IMG/VR virus record: IMGVR_UViG_3300021197_001844
Direction: 5' to 3' (one strand)
DNA from: an uncultured virus (IMG/VR IMGVR_UViG_3300021197_001844)
Lineage: Duplodnaviria; Heunggongvirae; Uroviricota; Caudoviricetes
Length of the DNA stretch: 64,000 nucleotides
Shown here: piece after piece, positions 56,659 to 64,000 of the stretch
Position numbering within the stretch: position 1 is the stretch's first letter
Layout of the letters: each line of letters starts with the position of its first letter
Position numbers and translations under genes: made by a program
Notes under the pieces: model-generated
What the model was told of the DNA's origin: nothing
Seen by the model: the letters and a program-made list of their open reading frames with translations, nothing else
The model's database searches: none

Positions 56659-58038
56659 TTAATATTTTATTGGTGAGAAATCGGCTCTCACTCTGGGTGT
56701 AACTATGGGGTATTTCTTTTGCACGATAGCCATTCTTCCGCCAGCGTGCCTTGGGCTACGGTGCGTAAATACATATTTGTCCATAAGGGCCTCAGGATCT
56801 CCAGACCATCTACTCTTGCCACGGCCAATATGGCCATTACTATTAATTATACCCAATGCAATTGCGGCATTTCTCATGTTCATTGGCCAGCCGCACCTCT
56901 TCATTTCTGTGATCGCTTTTTTAACATGTTTTAAAAACCATGTTCTCCTTTGAACCTCGACCATTTTTGCTCTTCTTTCTTCGCCACCATTAAATTCGCT
57001 AACAAATCTTTTCACACCATTGCTATACCATGCCAATTTTTTTTTGCAGTCGGTGTATACTAAACTCGGATCGTCCTCGCCCTTTACCTGAGATCCGTAT
57101 CTTTTTTTATTCATAGTGCATCGCTTTACATGTTTCTTAATATATCTGATGGTCTTTCCATCAAACCACTTCTCGACTGTTTTTTTTCCATAGTCTTTCA
57201 CCATTTCGTTGATAAGTCTCTTTATAGAGCCACCAGCCCAATGGGCAACACCAATATTGCCACCGTCAGCAGCACAGAAATCATAATATTTTTTACCAGA
57301 TTTGCAGGCTTTACCCTCGAAAGGGTAACCTTCAGCAATTACTACTTCGAGAATTTCTAGCCACCATTTTCTTTTAGCAGGGTCGTTAGACGAGGCCAGT
57401 GTCATAGTTGAGGAATCATAATGCGTCCGTGCACGGACGTATTTGCCGGCTTTTATATTTTTAACGGCTTTTCCTCCAAAGTTAGTACTTATGCTTCTGA
57501 AAACGTTACTGGAAGTATTTGAAATTACTTGCACTTCTCCGCCATGAGAAGACAGAAAATAGACGCCATGTCTCTGAGTCACATCGATAATCGAGCCAAA
57601 ACCCAGACTTGAATAATGTTTGTGTTCTGCTTCAGTATAGATAGAGGGCATTCTGCTTATTCTGTATGCTCTTTCTGCTTCTGTTATTCCGGACTCTAGG
57701 GGACTACGGCCATATAAAGCAGAAAAAGCGATACCGATATCGGTATCGTATAGTCCTTCCTCGATTGTGAATTTAAATTTCCACCTTGATACACCGTCAC
57801 CGAAGTCTACTAATTCAGCATCATTGATGATATATCCGCTGTCTGTAGGACTAATTTTGCCTAACTGTTTACCGCTTAATATAATTCCTTTAAACACTTT
57901 TCTAGATTTTAAAGGCGACAGTAGGTTACTTTCAGCACTATTGTTAATATTATTCATCATTCTATCATAATATTGGTCTTTGTTGCTGAAAAACGGATTA
58001 ACATGACCACTAAAGTGGTTTTTTTTATAGTTAGACAT
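56659..58038 (-). CDS. Tail-associated protein with putative lysozyme-like C-terminal domain
   Basis: N-terminal domain paralogous to the two downstream genes; C-terminal 'VIAEG...NIGVAHWAGG'. Confidence 0.55.
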   Translation of the reverse strand: MSNYKKNHFSGHVNPFFSNKDQYYDRMMNNINNSAESNLLSPLKSRKVFKGIILSGKQLGKISPTDSGYIINDAELVDFGDGVSRWKFKFTIEEGLYDTDIGIAFSALYGRSPLESGITEAERAYRISRMPSIYTEAEHKHYSSLGFGSIIDVTQRHGVYFLSSHGGEVQVISNTSSNVFRSISTNFGGKAVKNIKAGKYVRARTHYDSSTMTLASSNDPAKRKWWLEILEVVIAEGYPFEGKACKSGKKYYDFCAADGGNIGVAHWAGGSIKRLINEMVKDYGKKTVEKWFDGKTIRYIKKHVKRCTMNKKRYGSQVKGEDDPSLVYTDCKKKLAWYSNGVKRFVSEFNGGEERRAKMVEVQRRTWFLKHVKKAITEMKRCGWPMNMRNAAIALGIINSNGHIGRGKSRWSGDPEALMDKYVFTHRSPRHAGGRMAIVQKKYPIVTPRVRADFSPIKY

Positions 58039-58325
58039 TATTCGTCGTCCTCTGAAATCATTTCAAAGATGCTTTTCATCTCTTCATTTGATAGCCCGCT
58101 CTCTTTCTCATTTTTTGACATCATGCCAACAACTTTTACAAGTTGCTCATTAGAACGCTGTAGTGTCTCGACGTATTTTGCCATAACTATGCCGATTTCT
58201 CTATGTCGAGATTCATCTTTAGAAAGCCACTTTATTGCATCTTGCAGTAACTCTTCAGTGACCTCACGGTCTTTTCTAATGTTCTCAACCACTTCATCAA
58301 TATAATTATTTGTTTTTTTGCTCAT
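58038..58325 (-). CDS. Small helical hypothetical protein
   Basis: 'ENIRKDRE...AKYVETLQRSNEQLVK'; heads the baseplate operon. Confidence 0.75.
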   Translation of the reverse strand: MSKKTNNYIDEVVENIRKDREVTEELLQDAIKWLSKDESRHREIGIVMAKYVETLQRSNEQLVKVVGMMSKNEKESGLSNEEMKSIFEMISEDDE

Positions 58326-58329
58326 GTTT

Positions 58330-58337
58330 TAATTAGA
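58330..58337 (-). promoter_or_regulatory. Candidate late promoter TCTAATTA
   Basis: Immediately upstream of ATG 58325 with no RBS, so possibly leaderless. Confidence 0.4.
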
Positions 58338-58342
58338 GTAGT

Positions 58343-59029
58343 TCAAATTTTTCCATTATCCCAGTCCTCTTTAAACAGGCGGTATTTTTTTCTTATTTTA
58401 TTTAATTGGGAAACCACTTGCTTGGTGTTCATGCCAGTTAGTTCCCTTAAATATAAGTAAATTGCCTTTTTATTAAAGATTTCTATCTCCTCAACAGATG
58501 ACAAAAGAATCTTTACAGCCTCGAAGACCTTTTTCTCGCTTTCCTTCATGTCGTCAGTCGACCAACTATCAATCTCTTGCCACAACTTAAGCCAGAAATC
58601 TCTGTTTTCTTCTTCGTTTTCCCACTCATTATAGCAGACTATTTTATCCTCATCGACTTCTTTTAGGGCATCTTCATAATCAACTTCTCGTTTTGCTCTC
58701 TTGGAGGTCTGCTTTACCTTATGAATAAACCAGTTCTTAGTAATCACACTAAAATAAGAAAAGGCTTTCGAGCCTTTGTTGGGGTCATACTTTTCAAGTA
58801 TTGTCGTCAACCATACCTTGCATTCATCTCTTAATTCATCAATGTTGGGCAAGGTAGTAAATTTGTAAGTGAATACAATCTTATCAACCATTTGGTCAAA
58901 CGCAGGGCGTAATAATCTAACATACAAATCTGTTCTCAATTTGTTACAGGACGAACTACAATAATCAATTATTGCTTGTTCGTGTACCTGCGTAAAATAC
59001 ATTTTCTTTGTCGATGGGCGGCGTGGCAT
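58343..59029 (-). CDS. Phage RNA polymerase sigma factor (gp55-like late sigma)
   Basis: Region-2-like 'KYDPNKGSKAFSYFSVITKNWF'; C-terminal 'FNKKAIYLYLRELTG' helix-turn-helix; start MPRR. Confidence 0.8.
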   Translation of the reverse strand: MPRRPSTKKMYFTQVHEQAIIDYCSSSCNKLRTDLYVRLLRPAFDQMVDKIVFTYKFTTLPNIDELRDECKVWLTTILEKYDPNKGSKAFSYFSVITKNWFIHKVKQTSKRAKREVDYEDALKEVDEDKIVCYNEWENEEENRDFWLKLWQEIDSWSTDDMKESEKKVFEAVKILLSSVEEIEIFNKKAIYLYLRELTGMNTKQVVSQLNKIRKKYRLFKEDWDNGKI

Positions 59030-59360
59030 TTTCGGATTCTCCTTCTTCTTCATCTTCTTCTATTTCTTGAGGTGCTTCGAGTAAGCTAGATATTTCGGAG
59101 TACTCATTTAATATAGTCTTGAGACTCCTTGTATGATCAAGTAGAAATTTTATATCTTGATCTCCATAATATTGTTCTATTGAAAATATACCGGTGAGGT
59201 GTTTTTGGTAAGCCCCTATTAAACCGCTCAGGTCGCCTATATTTTCGTTTACATATGATAGCCTAGCTAATACCCTCCTAACATACCAAACAGTTAAAAT
59301 ATTAACTGTTATGGACACGGAAAGGCACAAAATAAGCCAAAAAGTAAAGTTAACCGTCAT
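58965..59360 (-). CDS. Membrane-anchored hypothetical protein
   Basis: N-terminal TM helix; 'EQYYGD...LLDH'. The 3' end overlaps the sigma gene start. Confidence 0.7.
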   Translation of the reverse strand: MTVNFTFWLILCLSVSITVNILTVWYVRRVLARLSYVNENIGDLSGLIGAYQKHLTGIFSIEQYYGDQDIKFLLDHTRSLKTILNEYSEISSLLEAPQEIEEDEEEGESENATPPIDKENVFYAGTRTSNN

Positions 59361-59607
59361 ATGTCGTGCTCCTTGCTTCTTCTTTCATTTCTTTTAAAAC
59401 TTGTCTGTTTTGTTCAATATAGTCTTTTGTGGTTGAGCCAACTTTTGCTTCTTTATCTTCTTTGTTAACCACAAAAGGCATCTGGGGCACCCTAACAAGG
59501 GTGCCCGTACTGCTGCATATTGTGCACCCTTCCTGCCTTTCAGACATACCATGCCTTACTTGGAAATGACCTCGACAAGTCTCGCACTTATACACATACC
59601 TAGGCAT
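59350..59607 (-). CDS. FmdB-family zinc ribbon protein
   Basis: MPRYVYKCETC...CTIC. Confidence 0.85.
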   Translation of the reverse strand: MPRYVYKCETCRGHFQVRHGMSERQEGCTICSSTGTLVRVPQMPFVVNKEDKEAKVGSTTKDYIEQNRQVLKEMKEEARSTTYDG

Positions 59608-59822
59608 TAAGAAGTAACAACCTTAGACTGTTTAGCATCTGGTTGGTTATGACCAGCACTCGCCTTTACAACTGGTGGGTTTGTGATAACCAGTTCCCCT
59701 GTATCATCCACCTGAACCTTGAAGTTTCTTAAGACAGGAACAATATCAGTTTGCTCCATTAAAGATTTTTGAAGTGCCATCATTACGGCACCAACTGCTT
59801 GATTTGATAATTTATAATTCAT
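59607..59822 (-). CDS. Hypothetical protein
   Basis: 71-aa ORF with AGGAG RBS and TAATG overlap. Confidence 0.75.
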   Translation of the reverse strand: MNYKLSNQAVGAVMMALQKSLMEQTDIVPVLRNFKVQVDDTGELVITNPPVVKASAGHNQPDAKQSKVVTS

Positions 59823-59831
59823 TAGTATCTC

Positions 59832-60173
59832 CTATCTGTTATAATCATCTTCTATACGAACAATATCATCTTCACCGAAATAGCTACCATGCTGAACCTC
59901 GATAAAGATCATCTTATCCTTTGTTTTATTTTCAATTCTGTGCTTAACCCCTACTGGGATTTGCACTGTTTGGCCCTGTGTTATGTTCCACGACTTATCG
60001 TCGATAGTAATAAAGCCTGTCCCACTTACAACGGTCCATACCTCAGATCTCTTGAGGTGATATTGGTAGCTTAGTCTTTGCTTCGGTTTTACCGTTATTC
60101 TCTTTACCTTACAATATTCAGCATCGAGAAGATTTTCAAACTCGCCCCATGGCCGTTGCTCTTTATAATTCAC
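59832..60173 (-). CDS. Cupin, type II phosphomannose isomerase C-terminal domain
   Basis: 'RPWG', 'RLSYQYH..RSEVW', 'HRIEN' and 'EVQHGSYFGEDDIVRIEDDY'. Confidence 0.92.
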   Translation of the reverse strand: MNYKEQRPWGEFENLLDAEYCKVKRITVKPKQRLSYQYHLKRSEVWTVVSGTGFITIDDKSWNITQGQTVQIPVGVKHRIENKTKDKMIFIEVQHGSYFGEDDIVRIEDDYNR

Positions 60174-61005
60174 GTATCTTCCTTTGTATGTAGTCTTTTA
60201 AATTATATCTTGGTCTCCAGCCAACCATCTCAGTAGTCCTAGAAATATCTGCCTTGGTTTCTCTAGACTCGCCCGGTCTGGCTGATAGGTGTACCTTTTC
60301 ACACTCGAACATTTCAACCAACTCATTTATAGAGTAATTCTCGCCGGTTCCTAAATTAAATACTTCGCCGTGCCATTTTCTTTCGGATAGCTTGATAAGC
60401 CCTTCGCATATGTCATAAACGTGCGTAAAGTCCCTTTTTTGCTCTCCATCGCCAACCACGGTAAGAGGCTTACCCTCTCGCTTAAGTTGCTCAAATTTGG
60501 CTATTATGGGCGTGTATTCACCAATTAATGGGTTGCGTGGACCATAAACATTAAAGAACCTTGCGGTAACAGTGGAGACCCCATACACCTTAAAATACAT
60601 CTCGCACATTTCCTCTGATATTTTTTTTGAGAATGTGTATGGATTCATAAAGCGACCTCCATAACATGACGAAGAGCCTGCGTATATTATTTTACAATTG
60701 TGCTTTCTAGCCCACTCACATACTGCTGCTGTGCCATTTATATTGGCTTGTTGCCACCTCAAAGGTCTTTCAAAGCTTGGCTGTATTCTTGCTTCTGCTG
60801 CGAGGTGGAAGATAGCGTCTATCTTTATATCTGATTTGAATGACATGATATTCTGTATATCGATGTGGTGAGTCACAGCGGTAGGGTGCAAGTACTTACC
60901 GGACGACATATCATCGATAATAATAACCTTATGGCCTTGGTCGACCAATAAGTCAACTAAGTTACTGCCTACAAAGCCACAACCACCTGTTACAATATAG
61001 TTCAT
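60163..61005 (-). CDS. NAD-dependent nucleotide-sugar epimerase/dehydratase
   Basis: 'TGGCGFVGS', 'FHLAA', YxxxK ('YTFSK'), 'RFFNVYGP' and 'GDGEQKRDFTHV'; start MNYIV with AGGAG RBS. Confidence 0.93.
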   Translation of the reverse strand: MNYIVTGGCGFVGSNLVDLLVDQGHKVIIIDDMSSGKYLHPTAVTHHIDIQNIMSFKSDIKIDAIFHLAAEARIQPSFERPLRWQQANINGTAAVCEWARKHNCKIIYAGSSSCYGGRFMNPYTFSKKISEEMCEMYFKVYGVSTVTARFFNVYGPRNPLIGEYTPIIAKFEQLKREGKPLTVVGDGEQKRDFTHVYDICEGLIKLSERKWHGEVFNLGTGENYSINELVEMFECEKVHLSARPGESRETKADISRTTEMVGWRPRYNLKDYIQRKIREL

Positions 61006-61012
61006 GAGTCTC

Positions 61013-61309
61013 CTATCCAAAAAATCTATCTGTGCTTATGTTTTTATCATCGATAAATAAATCATAAATGGGCTTACCAAACTTCAAGTCGTGGTACTTA
61101 ACTCCCCATTTTTTAAACTGAGCTTCTGTTGTTTCCCGCCAATCAATACCAGACCCGGTGCCTCTGGCTGTCCAGTATATAATTGTGTTTCCAGCCTCGT
61201 AAAGGTCATTTATCTTGGCTATGTTTGACGTCAGTGGCACTGCTAAAGAGTAGTCTCTTGACTCTGGTGACCTGCATATTGTTTCGTCAATATCTACGTA
61301 TATTAACAT
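61013..61309 (-). CDS. Small HAD-superfamily phosphatase
   Basis: 'DIDETIC', 'WTARG' and 'GKP...FIDDK'. Confidence 0.85.
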   Translation of the reverse strand: MLIYVDIDETICRSPESRDYSLAVPLTSNIAKINDLYEAGNTIIYWTARGTGSGIDWRETTEAQFKKWGVKYHDLKFGKPIYDLFIDDKNISTDRFFG

Positions 61310-62106
61310 TATTCACCCACTATTAAGCTTTTTACTTGTTTGTTTGCAATTTTGCTGTATTCATTCTCATATTCAAAATTTAACTCGATATCATTGTCTA
61401 CCATATATTTATCGATAAGAGTAATATTCTTTTTAAAGTTCTTCAAGAACCTCTTGTCTTGGTCATGTGATACCCATGGTGGTTGGGTTTGCCCATTGTC
61501 TACGTACCGACCTACCGCTTTGTTGTTTCTTGGCATATCCCCAAAACCTAAACATTTTATTTCTTCAATATTATCAAAATAATAAAACACTAACGGAAGT
61601 AAGAACGAAGTTAATTTGTCAGTATCTTTTCCAGTATCAGATAATATATAAAATGAATTAGAAAAATTTATCTTCTGTTTTATAGTGTTGGTATCTATTG
61701 CTGCTGGTCGGATTTTTATTGTTTTTTTAAAAATGTTTTTACTTATTTGTTTTTCATACTTATCCTTCAAAAATTTACTTTTTCGGTTGGCCTTATCACA
61801 TGTCAGGCCTATTTTATAAAACTCACATTTATCTTTATTAGTAAAAATATTCTCATACAAATCAGCTAATAAGAGAGAAGTGCCCTTGTTTATTTTGCAA
61901 TTTGCAAATTTCTCCATTTGCCCAGAATGCATTATCGATAATGGATCTAGAAACGAATAGTAATCAGGACTAAGATTGATATTTATAAACCGGTTTATTG
62001 CGCCACTCCAAGCAATTAATATATATCCCCTATTCTTTGCTTCTACAAAATACTCCTCACTATATTGTCCTATTTTATTTGTCGGCCCAACCAGCATTAT
62101 TTTCAT
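61309..62106 (-). CDS. Putative Maf/DUF115-like glycosyltransferase
   Basis: 'IMLVGP', 'ILIAWSGAI...PDYYSFLD' and 'EIKCLGFGD' resemble Maf/GT-type motifs; sits in a sugar cluster. Confidence 0.4.
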   Translation of the reverse strand: MKIMLVGPTNKIGQYSEEYFVEAKNRGYILIAWSGAINRFININLSPDYYSFLDPLSIMHSGQMEKFANCKINKGTSLLLADLYENIFTNKDKCEFYKIGLTCDKANRKSKFLKDKYEKQISKNIFKKTIKIRPAAIDTNTIKQKINFSNSFYILSDTGKDTDKLTSFLLPLVFYYFDNIEEIKCLGFGDMPRNNKAVGRYVDNGQTQPPWVSHDQDKRFLKNFKKNITLIDKYMVDNDIELNFEYENEYSKIANKQVKSLIVGE

Positions 62107-63083
62107 AATAAATGTCCTTGTATTTGCTTAAAGCACGATGCCCAATCCACAAATCGAAATGTCTTGTCGTCAATATAAAACACTGCTCTTGGTTTTTCTG
62201 CTGTTACTTTGGAAACAAATTTCGCCATATTATGCTTTTTAAGCCACTCCCACACCAAGGTTATCCCAGTTTTGCCATTTACCAAGCCTCTATCTGGTTT
62301 TGCCTTACAAGTATAAATTACAATTGTATATTTCTTTGATATGCGTTCAAGTGCCTCGTAAGATCCGTCTATAGGTTCATCATATATCGTACCATCATAA
62401 TAACCTTTTGAATTTTTATGTATAACTCCATCAAAGTCTATACCAATATTAGTTTTTTCATCGGGATAGCTGTGTTTTCTTATTTTTCCACCTTTCCAAT
62501 TTGTTTTCTCCAGTTCGTCCGGGGTGTTCATACCAATGGAAGGGCAAGCGTGACCTGACCCGTGAGTTAACTGATATTGCAATAGCAACGTTAAGCACTC
62601 TGCTGTGTGGTAATAATTTACACCCAGAACCACCTGAGTTAGTCCTTTTATGTTATATTCAATTGGTTTTGCGGTTATTAAACATGTCAACATGCCATTG
62701 TCAGATGCCCATTGCAAAGCTTTTAAGACATCTATTGACTTGCCCGAAGACGATATGCCATATACTAAAGACTTTTTCATTTGAGTTCTTGTTCTTGTAG
62801 AGGTTCTTTGCTGTAGCCAAGACACCATCCATTGCTCGAAACTAGTATCATTTATCAAAGATGTGGCCACTACGCAACTACCGGGGCACATTGCATTTTT
62901 AGTACCGTTTGAGAGTCTAGTCATGTCAACAGCAGTGTGATCAGCAACACCCATATTACCGCCATGCCCGAGTACATATATATCATGACACGCATTATAC
63001 TTGCTTTGAAGCTCTTTCCATTGCTCAGACTGAACAATTTCTGTGAACTTTCCTCCAATATTTTCAAAATCAATCACTATCAC
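62103..63083 (-). CDS. SIS-domain sugar isomerase (GmhA-like) fused to HAD phosphatase
   Basis: 'GHGGN' and 'GISSSGKS' (SIS); 'IDFDGVIH' and 'EKP...YIDDK' (HAD). Confidence 0.8.
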   Translation of the reverse strand: MIVIDFENIGGKFTEIVQSEQWKELQSKYNACHDIYVLGHGGNMGVADHTAVDMTRLSNGTKNAMCPGSCVVATSLINDTSFEQWMVSWLQQRTSTRTRTQMKKSLVYGISSSGKSIDVLKALQWASDNGMLTCLITAKPIEYNIKGLTQVVLGVNYYHTAECLTLLLQYQLTHGSGHACPSIGMNTPDELEKTNWKGGKIRKHSYPDEKTNIGIDFDGVIHKNSKGYYDGTIYDEPIDGSYEALERISKKYTIVIYTCKAKPDRGLVNGKTGITLVWEWLKKHNMAKFVSKVTAEKPRAVFYIDDKTFRFVDWASCFKQIQGHLL

Positions 63084-63089
63084 TTCTCC

Positions 63090-63806
63090 TTATTCTGTTA
63101 TAACCTTTAATTGCCACGCAGCATCTACTTCCATCTGGTTATCCTGAACAAGTGCCCGACTCCTTTTCCCTACCCAAGGGAAAGGAAGCATACCGCTATC
63201 GCTCAAGATGGCCTCCCTTCTACAAGCCCAAAAGGAACCATTAAAAAAATAAATTTCGCCGGCGGCTTTTTTATCATTTATGTTTGCTTTCATTGTCTTG
63301 TTCCTTATTGTTGTTTGCTCAACAAAAGTTTTTAAAAAACGTTTTTCATCTATTTGGTATGCCCTAAGAGGATTAAACATATTGAATTCAGAAACACTTG
63401 AAACAGAATCTATGCTATCGTCTTCAAGTAAAATTTGAATTGCCTTATCCACATCTGTTGTATTTGCACCAAGACTATTGCCTAAAACAATCACTAATAT
63501 GTCTACCTGTTCACCGGTTTCCTTTTCTATTTGCTCCAAACCTTGCTTGATTGTTTTGTGGTGACACGCATCATCTCCGGCTAAATATTCTGGTCTTTCT
63601 ATTATCTTATATTTAAATTTGTTTGAATTTTCAATAATGTACTCATCATCAGTTGAAACAAATACTTCTTTGATGAATTTCGATTCCTTACAAAATAAAA
63701 CATTGTGAAGAAACAGTGGTTTTCCGTTAATTTGCAAGATATTCTTTTTTTTAACTGTTTTACTTCCTTTTCTGGCTGTCTGTAGCGCATAGACTGTTTT
63801 GTTCAC
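63090..63806 (-). CDS. neuA: Acylneuraminate (CMP-nonulosonate) cytidylyltransferase
   Basis: 'ARKGSKTVKKKN', 'GKPL', 'VSTDD', 'RPEYLAGD', 'NGSFW' and 'EVD'. Confidence 0.88.
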   Translation of the reverse strand: MNKTVYALQTARKGSKTVKKKNILQINGKPLFLHNVLFCKESKFIKEVFVSTDDEYIIENSNKFKYKIIERPEYLAGDDACHHKTIKQGLEQIEKETGEQVDILVIVLGNSLGANTTDVDKAIQILLEDDSIDSVSSVSEFNMFNPLRAYQIDEKRFLKTFVEQTTIRNKTMKANINDKKAAGEIYFFNGSFWACRREAILSDSGMLPFPWVGKRSRALVQDNQMEVDAAWQLKVITE

Positions 63807-63808
63807 TT

Positions 63809-64000
63809 TTAGCCCCTAGGGTTGTATAGGTATTCATGATAGTTCTCACCAAGCTTCTCAGTCAAAACCTTTGTTGATAAATTACAGGGATGGTTGTGCC
63901 CCAAATTTTTAAATTTTACCATTATTCCAATATCATGCAGCAAATAGTCCCACATAGCAAGATACTGTTGCTTATACAATGAAATTATTTGCATTTCATT
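63809..64000 (-). CDS. Partial CDS (3' end), unknown function, in sugar cluster
   Basis: Frame remains open to the window edge (NEMQIISLY...NPRG*). Confidence 0.55.
   Translation of the reverse strand, partial: NEMQIISLYKQQYLAMWDYLLHDIGIMVKFKNLGHNHPCNLSTKVLTEKLGENYHEYLYNPRG

Noticed and set aside
59485..59506. 9-bp inverted repeat gggcaccct-aaca-agggtgccc as a terminator
   Set aside because: It lies inside the FmdB-like CDS and has no U-tract on either strand.
940..63335. All plus-strand ORFs in the track (e.g. 1050..1406, 2144..2812, 49392..49928)
   Set aside because: They are antisense shadows of well-supported minus-strand genes with no recognisable motifs; 1050..1406 simply mirrors the portal GGDL repeat.
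1..64000. Genome-wide TAG or TGA recoding
   Set aside because: Long genes are intact in the standard code, and TAG and TGA end many genes while overlapping the next RBS or ATG; only one internal TAG was found (25325).
1..64000. tRNA, rRNA or structured ncRNA genes
   Set aside because: Intergenic gaps are nearly all shorter than about 55 nt and no cloverleaf signatures were seen by eye; tRNAscan-SE or Infernal would be needed to exclude them fully.

Overview
A 64-kb fragment of a large, AT-rich dsDNA tailed phage (T4-like or jumbo myovirus type). Genes are tightly packed, all on the minus strand, and use the standard genetic code. In transcription order (right to left): (1) a sugar-modification cluster with a CMP-nonulosonate synthetase-like cytidylyltransferase, a GmhA-like SIS-HAD fusion, a Maf-like putative transferase, a HAD protein, an NAD-dependent epimerase and a cupin isomerase; (2) an FmdB zinc ribbon and a gp55-like sigma factor; (3) a baseplate/tail module with three paralogues carrying different predicted peptidoglycan hydrolases, a spike-like protein, a 2948-aa giant protein, gp25- and gp6-like wedge proteins, a 2555-aa LamG protein and other large structural proteins; (4) a RuvC-like resolvase, small SH3-like 'MKxGDLV' genes, basic proteins with an 'IIKEE' leader (one fused to an ADP-ribosyltransferase-like domain), a class II aldolase, UvsE, primase, an Smr protein and an Mre11-Rad50 fusion; (5) holin/spanin-like genes, terminase large subunit and portal. 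The best candidates for undescribed biology are a putative capsid-targeting leader family that may deliver an ART effector, a nested 'Russian-doll' lectin stalk, a triplet of tail hydrolases with swapped catalytic domains, a single in-frame amber codon splitting a ~1090-codon ORF, and a possible virion-glycosylation pathway. All assignments come from motif recognition by eye; no database searches were run.
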